64,000 nucleotides of DNA, taken from positions 96,001 to 160,000 of the forward strand of contig CAXXFF010000001.1 of assembly GCA_963676835.2 (NCBI GenBank). Reading direction: 5' to 3'. The stretch comes from Marispirochaeta sp. (lineage in GTDB: Bacteria > Spirochaetota > Spirochaetia > JC444 > Marispirochaetaceae). The translations under genes were made by a program, and so were the position numbers. Under the pieces are notes generated by a model. That model had not been told where the DNA came from. It did not search any database and was given only the letters and a program-made list of their open reading frames with translations. Position 1 is the first letter of the stretch; every line of letters begins with the position of its first letter. Positions 58,643 to 64,000 of the stretch are shown here, piece by piece.

Positions 58643-59986
58643 CTATCGTTCTGATAAAGGCACATAGTTTGAAGGCTTGAGAATATTCTTGTAGGCAGGA
58701 CGAATAATCCTTCCTCCGCTGATTATTTCCTCAAGCCTGTGGGCACTCCATCCGGAAATACGTGAAACTGCAAAAAGAGGTGTGTACAGCTCAAAAGGAA
58801 TATTCAGCATGCTGTAGACAAAACCTGAATAAAAATCCACATTCGGGCCCACGACCTTATCGGAGTTTTTAACATCCATAAAGGCACCGGGAGCAAGCTT
58901 CTCGATCAGGTTATACAGATTGTATTCCTCTTCACAGCCCTTCTCTTTAGCAAGCAGCTCTGCCCGCTTTTTGAGCAGTACAGCTCTCGGGTCTGAGAGT
59001 GTATAAACAGCATGACCGATTCCGTAAATAAGTCCGGACTTGTCGAAGGCTTCACGGTTGAGGATTTTCTTGAGGTAACTGCTTACCTCTTCTTCGCTGG
59101 CCCAGTTTTTTACATTGGCCTTGATATCCTCAATCATGCCCATAACCTTGATATTGGCTCCACCATGTTTGGCCCCTTTAAGAGAGCCGATTGCAGCTGC
59201 CATGGTTGAGTATGTATCGGTATCGGAGCTGGATATTACATGTACCGCAAAAGCTGAGTTATTACCACCGCCGTGTTCTGCATGCAGTACCAGTGACAGA
59301 TCAAGCAGATCCGCCTCAAGCTGACTATAGGACTGGTCGGGGCGTATCATCTGCAGCATGTTTTCTGCTGTGGAAAGATCAGGCCTTGGCTGGTGAATAT
59401 AGAGACTTTCGTTATAAAAGTTATGCCTCCGAGCCTGATATCCGTAGGCAGCAAAGACCGGCAGACGTGCTATAAGCTCAACACACTGACGCAGGAGATT
59501 GGCAATGGTATAATTTTCCGGTTCGTCATCATAACTGTAGGAAACCAGAACGCTCCGTGCCATTTTATTCATAATATCCTGGCTCGGAGCAGTGAGTATA
59601 TTATCTTCAACAAAATTCTGTGGCAGAACTCGGGCTTCCACCATCAGCTGATTGAAAGCTTCAAGTTCCTGAGAATTGGGCAGTTCGCCGAATAAAAGCA
59701 GATATACGGTCTCCTCGAAACCGAAACGCTTTTCTGTCTGAAAACCGCTCACCAGGTCAGCTACATCGATTCCCCGGTAACGCAGACGGCCTTCCACAGG
59801 AATCTTATCCCCCTCGTCCATGATGTAACCATGAACATCTCCGATTTCGGTCAGTCCAACCAGTACACCAGTGCCGTCGGCATTACGAAGCCCCCGTTTT
59901 ACGTTGAATTTTTCATAAAATTCAATGGGGATTTTTGTATTTGCCTGAGTATGATTCGCGTACCGTTCCAACCAGTCTTTGTCCAT
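58643..59986 (-). CDS. gltA: Citrate synthase
   Basis: LRYRG, LHAEHG, KHGGAN, GIGHAVY, PNVDFYSG. Confidence 0.93.
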   Translation of the reverse strand: MDKDWLERYANHTQANTKIPIEFYEKFNVKRGLRNADGTGVLVGLTEIGDVHGYIMDEGDKIPVEGRLRYRGIDVADLVSGFQTEKRFGFEETVYLLLFGELPNSQELEAFNQLMVEARVLPQNFVEDNILTAPSQDIMNKMARSVLVSYSYDDEPENYTIANLLRQCVELIARLPVFAAYGYQARRHNFYNESLYIHQPRPDLSTAENMLQMIRPDQSYSQLEADLLDLSLVLHAEHGGGNNSAFAVHVISSSDTDTYSTMAAAIGSLKGAKHGGANIKVMGMIEDIKANVKNWASEEEVSSYLKKILNREAFDKSGLIYGIGHAVYTLSDPRAVLLKKRAELLAKEKGCEEEYNLYNLIEKLAPGAFMDVKNSDKVVGPNVDFYSGFVYSMLNIPFELYTPLFAVSRISGWSAHRLEEIISGGRIIRPAYKNILKPSNYVPLSER

Positions 59987-60052
59987 TATTCCTCCGGGGA
60001 TCTAATATATGTGCATAAAGATACGAAATAATCGTATAAATATCGAAAAAAA

Positions 60053-60739
60053 TCAAGTATTTTTATTGAACAGAACTTCCCGAATTTTATGGTCTTTAAC
60101 AAGACCTTTTGATTCGAATTTTGTTCTCGGCCGCCAGGACTGGGGTTCCGCATAACAGGGATATGCATTGCTAATACCGTCAACGGATTCGCAGACATCC
60201 AGAATCTGTTCTGCATACTCCTCCCAGTCTGTGCAGAAATAGAGATACCCCTTCTCTTTTAACTTTGGAATCAGCAGCTTAATGAATGGAACCTGGACAA
60301 GTCGGCGTTTATGATGCTTCTTCTTAGGCCATGGATCGGGAAAGAAAATATGCACGCCATCCAGCGAATTATCGGGCAGCATATTCTCGATAACCTCAAC
60401 AGCATCATGATTTATTACACGCAAGTTCCCAAGTCCCAGGTTTTGTATTTCACTCAAAACCTTTCCCACCCCTGGACGATGAACCTCTATACCAATGAAT
60501 GCGGTATCTTTATTCTCTGATGCAATCTGAATGGTGGCCTCTCCCATACCGAAGCCGATTTCCATTTTGATTTGCTCAAAATCAGGAAAACAGGCCTGAA
60601 GATCAAGAATAGCCGGGGAATAAGGAATAGAGTATAGCGGAAGCAGCTCATCAAAAGATCTGCGTTGAAGCTTGCTCATACGGGCAGCCCTGAGTACATA
60701 GCTTTTCAGCCGTTTATGTTCAGAGAGTTTATCGTTCAT
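60053..60739 (-). CDS. trmB: tRNA (guanine-N7)-methyltransferase
   Basis: EIGFGMG, FPDPWPKKKHHKRRL, TKFESKG. Confidence 0.96.
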   Translation of the reverse strand: MNDKLSEHKRLKSYVLRAARMSKLQRRSFDELLPLYSIPYSPAILDLQACFPDFEQIKMEIGFGMGEATIQIASENKDTAFIGIEVHRPGVGKVLSEIQNLGLGNLRVINHDAVEVIENMLPDNSLDGVHIFFPDPWPKKKHHKRRLVQVPFIKLLIPKLKEKGYLYFCTDWEEYAEQILDVCESVDGISNAYPCYAEPQSWRPRTKFESKGLVKDHKIREVLFNKNT

Positions 60740-60757
60740 AGTATCCTTTTAAAAATC

Positions 60758-63022
60758 TCAGTTAAGGATTTTCTTTATTTCCTCAGAAGACCCGCGGCTG
60801 AGCAAATCCTGCTTGAAATTGCTGCAGCCGTTAAAAAAGTGTTCTTCTTTGAGCCATTTGTACATATCCGGAAGGGATGAGGGAGCAACACTGAAGTTGC
60901 GAATACCACTACCGAGGAGAAAACGAAGCATATTTCTGTTAACCGCAGCATCACCGCAAACCGACAAGGGGATTTTCTGTTCATTACAGACATCTGCAAC
61001 CCGGGCAATAAACCTCAGCACCGCAGGATGAAAAGGATTGAACATATCCGCCACCCGGGCATTGGTCCTGTCCACCCCGAGAAGATACTGGATAAGATCA
61101 TTCGTGCCTATGCTCATAAAATCAACTTCCCGTGCCAGTTCTTCAAGAATGAAACCGGTTGAAGGAAGTTCGATCATGATGCCGATTTTGGGTTTATAGT
61201 TATGTTCGATACCATGCTCTGAAAGGTTTTTAGAAGCCTGCCGGATAACCTCTTTTACATCACGAACCTCTTCAATTGAGGATACAAAGGGTATCATTAT
61301 ATGAAGATTGCCGTCTTTTCCGGCTCTGAGCATGGCCCTTATCTGGGTTTCAAGAATTTCACTGTTTTTCAGGGAAAATCTGATAGCCCTCAACCCGAGA
61401 AAAGGATTCGCTTCGGGATCTTCATCTGTAAGAAAGCCGAGCTGCTTGTCTCCGCCGATATCGAGGATACGCATATAGACAGGACCTTCATTAAACTCGC
61501 TGAATATGCGGTGATAAATACGGTACTGCTCTTCTTCCGAAGGGAAGTCGTTACGAATGAGAAATGGAAACTCACTGCGGTACAATCCGATACTGTCAGC
61601 ACCATAACCCCTGGCTATCTGCAGATCTCCAAGAAGACCGATATTGGCCATAAGAGCTACTGTTTCTCCCGGTGCAACTTCAATAAGCGGTTCAATCTGC
61701 ATGTCTGCATCGAGCATGGAATGTTCGTCCGCAAGCTTGATAAACTGATCATAGGTGGCCGTATCGGGTTCGATAAAAACAGTGCCCTGAAACCCGTCCA
61801 GAATGATTGATGTTCCTTCATCGATGTTAAATATATCTTTGTTATCAAGAGAAACAATCGGGATTTTAATGGATTGCCCCAGGATCTTCAGATGAGATGT
61901 GAGGCTCGTCTTATGCACAATTATACCGGCAGCACCCTGAGCGGCGAACTTGATCAGCTCTGAAGGAAAAAGTTCACTGCTTATAATTATGGAGTCCCGG
62001 TAGTCTTCGTTCTGCTTATCCTGTTCCTGCAGGTTAAGCAGCAGCCGGTGTCCAAGATCTTTCAGGTCCTGAGCCTTCTCCCGGATGGCCGCGGCATCAG
62101 AGTCTGCAAAAATATCTATATAACGGTTTACCACAGACACCACAGCTTCTGACGCAACCTGTCCGTTGCGGATAAGCTGCTCCATTTCGCCGGAAAAAGC
62201 CTCATCGGTAAGCATAAGAAGATGCGCATGAAAAATGAGCGAACCTACATCGGCAAAATTTTCCTTAAGCTGGTCCTGCAGTACCTGTATCTGCTGCCGG
62301 GTAAGATTAACGGCGGTCTGAAATGCTTCTATGCCGGTCATATAGTGCGCATTCTTGTCTATGCTGAGGGTACTGTTTGTACCCCGCCGCCCAAGGCTGT
62401 AGCTCTTTCCCAGGGCAATTCCGCTGGTTACCTTCTGTCCGTGCATAATCGGCGGAAGGGAACGTTTTTTCTTTACCGCAGGTGCAGAAGGCCTTTCCTT
62501 GTGCAGTTCCATAAGAAGAATGGCATTTTCGATCATAGCCGCCATCTGTGCTGCTATTGCAGTCAGGGCACGGGCGTCACGCTGATTAAAATAGTTGATT
62601 TTCTTGTGCTGACAAACTATAACACCTATACGGCGTAAACCATGAAGTATGGGTACAGCAAGAAATGCTTCAAACTCTTCTTCATTGATTCCGGGAATAT
62701 GTTTAAAATTGGGAAAATCAGTCCCTTTGGGGACAATAATAGGCCGCAGCTGCTTCAACGCAGTTCCGGTTATGCCTTCTCCTGGAGCCAGGGTTACATT
62801 TCCCACAGCACCCGGGTTAAGACCCTTACTGGCACGGAGCACCAGCATGCCTGTCTCCTGATTAAGAAGATAGATAGAGCATAGATCGGTCTCCATATGT
62901 TCAGCTATAAGCTTGACGGTTTCGTCAAGAAAGCCTTCAATACTTTGTCTCCTTTCAAAAAGAGAACTGAGTTCCGCTACACTGCAAATAAGGTCTATAG
63001 CCTTTTCCTTCATTACACACAT
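60758..63022 (-). CDS. ptsP: GAF-domain PTS enzyme I (EI-Ntr type)
   Basis: N-terminal GAF, TSH, GLYRSEF, NPFLGLRAIR, SIGTNDL. Confidence 0.92.
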   Translation of the reverse strand: MCVMKEKAIDLICSVAELSSLFERRQSIEGFLDETVKLIAEHMETDLCSIYLLNQETGMLVLRASKGLNPGAVGNVTLAPGEGITGTALKQLRPIIVPKGTDFPNFKHIPGINEEEFEAFLAVPILHGLRRIGVIVCQHKKINYFNQRDARALTAIAAQMAAMIENAILLMELHKERPSAPAVKKKRSLPPIMHGQKVTSGIALGKSYSLGRRGTNSTLSIDKNAHYMTGIEAFQTAVNLTRQQIQVLQDQLKENFADVGSLIFHAHLLMLTDEAFSGEMEQLIRNGQVASEAVVSVVNRYIDIFADSDAAAIREKAQDLKDLGHRLLLNLQEQDKQNEDYRDSIIISSELFPSELIKFAAQGAAGIIVHKTSLTSHLKILGQSIKIPIVSLDNKDIFNIDEGTSIILDGFQGTVFIEPDTATYDQFIKLADEHSMLDADMQIEPLIEVAPGETVALMANIGLLGDLQIARGYGADSIGLYRSEFPFLIRNDFPSEEEQYRIYHRIFSEFNEGPVYMRILDIGGDKQLGFLTDEDPEANPFLGLRAIRFSLKNSEILETQIRAMLRAGKDGNLHIMIPFVSSIEEVRDVKEVIRQASKNLSEHGIEHNYKPKIGIMIELPSTGFILEELAREVDFMSIGTNDLIQYLLGVDRTNARVADMFNPFHPAVLRFIARVADVCNEQKIPLSVCGDAAVNRNMLRFLLGSGIRNFSVAPSSLPDMYKWLKEEHFFNGCSNFKQDLLSRGSSEEIKKILN

Positions 63023-63067
63023 TCCTTTACGGGATCTGCTATATACAGTTTCTATTGTACACCAGGT

Positions 63068-64000
63068 TTATAAAAGTGCCGAGAGCCGTTCGCGTATGAA
63101 TTCGGATTTTTCTTTCAAACCGATGGATCCGGTCTCCATAAGAAGTATGTTCGGGTTCTTCGGATCTGGTTTAACCTTTCCACCGGAGGTCTGCATTAAC
63201 TGCAGAACCTTATCCACAGAAATGATGGATACCCGGGCAAATTCTATGCGAACCTTTCCTCCCCGCTCCCTCAGAGACCTGACCCTCAGCTTGCGGCAGA
63301 CAATTCGGACCTCGGAAAGGGACAACAGGCTGGAAACGGTTTCCGGAAGAGGCCCGAAACGGTCATGCAGTTCGCCATGAATTTTTTCCAGCTCTTCATC
63401 CGAATCAATGGCGGCGATTTTTTTATACACCTCCATTTTTTCAACCGGCTCTTTTATATAGGTCTCCGGTATGTAACCGGAATAATCCAGTTCGAGAAAA
63501 ACTTCTTCCCGCGGTTCATCGCCTTTCTCACTTTTTTCAGCCACCGCTTCATCCAGAAGTCTAAGATACATATCAAATCCCACAGAGGCTATCTCACCGC
63601 TCTGCTGACGTCCAAGCAGGTTACCTGCTCCCCGAACCTCCATATCTTTCATGGCAATCTTGAAACCGGCGCCAAGATCGGAATAGTCTGACAAGATCCT
63701 CAGGCGCTTCATGGCAATCTCACTCAGGGCTTTGTCGGCGGGATAGAGGAGATATGCATAGGCTTTTCGGTCGGACCGGCCAACCCTTCCGCGAAGCTGA
63801 TAAAGCTGGGAAATACCGTAGATATCGGCACGGTCAATAATGATCGTATTTACGTTGGGAATATCAATTCCGTTTTCAATAATGGTTGTGGCCACCATCA
63901 CCTGAAATGCGCCATGAATAAAGCGGTGCATTACCTCTTCAAGTTCGGAAGAACTCATCTGCCCATGGGCAGTATCGATCATGGCTTCTGGAACAATATT
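63068..64000 (-). CDS. mfd: Transcription-repair coupling factor, C-terminal part (starts outside the window)
   Basis: AHGQM, TTIIENGIDIPNVNT, QLYQLRGRVGRS, RGAGNLLG, TRCF domain. Confidence 0.96.
   Translation of the reverse strand, partial: NIVPEAMIDTAHGQMSSSELEEVMHRFIHGAFQVMVATTIIENGIDIPNVNTIIIDRADIYGISQLYQLRGRVGRSDRKAYAYLLYPADKALSEIAMKRLRILSDYSDLGAGFKIAMKDMEVRGAGNLLGRQQSGEIASVGFDMYLRLLDEAVAEKSEKGDEPREEVFLELDYSGYIPETYIKEPVEKMEVYKKIAAIDSDEELEKIHGELHDRFGPLPETVSSLLSLSEVRIVCRKLRVRSLRERGGKVRIEFARVSIISVDKVLQLMQTSGGKVKPDPKNPNILLMETGSIGLKEKSEFIRERLSALL

Overview
This is chromosomal DNA from a spirochaete (Spirochaetaceae-like, inferred from gene content and Borrelia-like synteny of ffh-rpsP-khpA-rimM-trmD-rplS and coaD-rpmF-acpP-rnc-cca, plus flaB and EF-G paralogs). 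Two tRNA-integrated elements interrupt the housekeeping backbone. (1) 1-7713 is the end of a prophage at tRNA-Thr(TGT). It carries an integrase, a CI-like repressor with a divergent RHH gene, a C5 DNA methyltransferase, a cargo block (BRCT protein, Cys-rich peptide, TcmP-like methyltransferase-fold protein, radical-SAM-like protein) and a tRNA-shaped RNA. (2) 40389-51727 is a complete ~11.3 kb element at tRNA-Val(TAC), bounded by perfect 48-bp direct repeats. It has a PICI-like backbone (integrase, AlpA/Xis, AAA helicase with embedded iterons) plus a tape-measure protein, scaffold-like protein, decoration protein, lambda-gpE-type major capsid protein and ClpP-type protease. I see no terminase, portal or tail-tube genes. 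This apparent head-plus-tape-measure phage satellite is the best candidate for an undescribed system. It also carries a lambda-like cos candidate, a double-loop antisense leader RNA and a hairpin built from att/tRNA-mimicking sequence. All protein family calls come from motif recognition by eye; no database searches were run.
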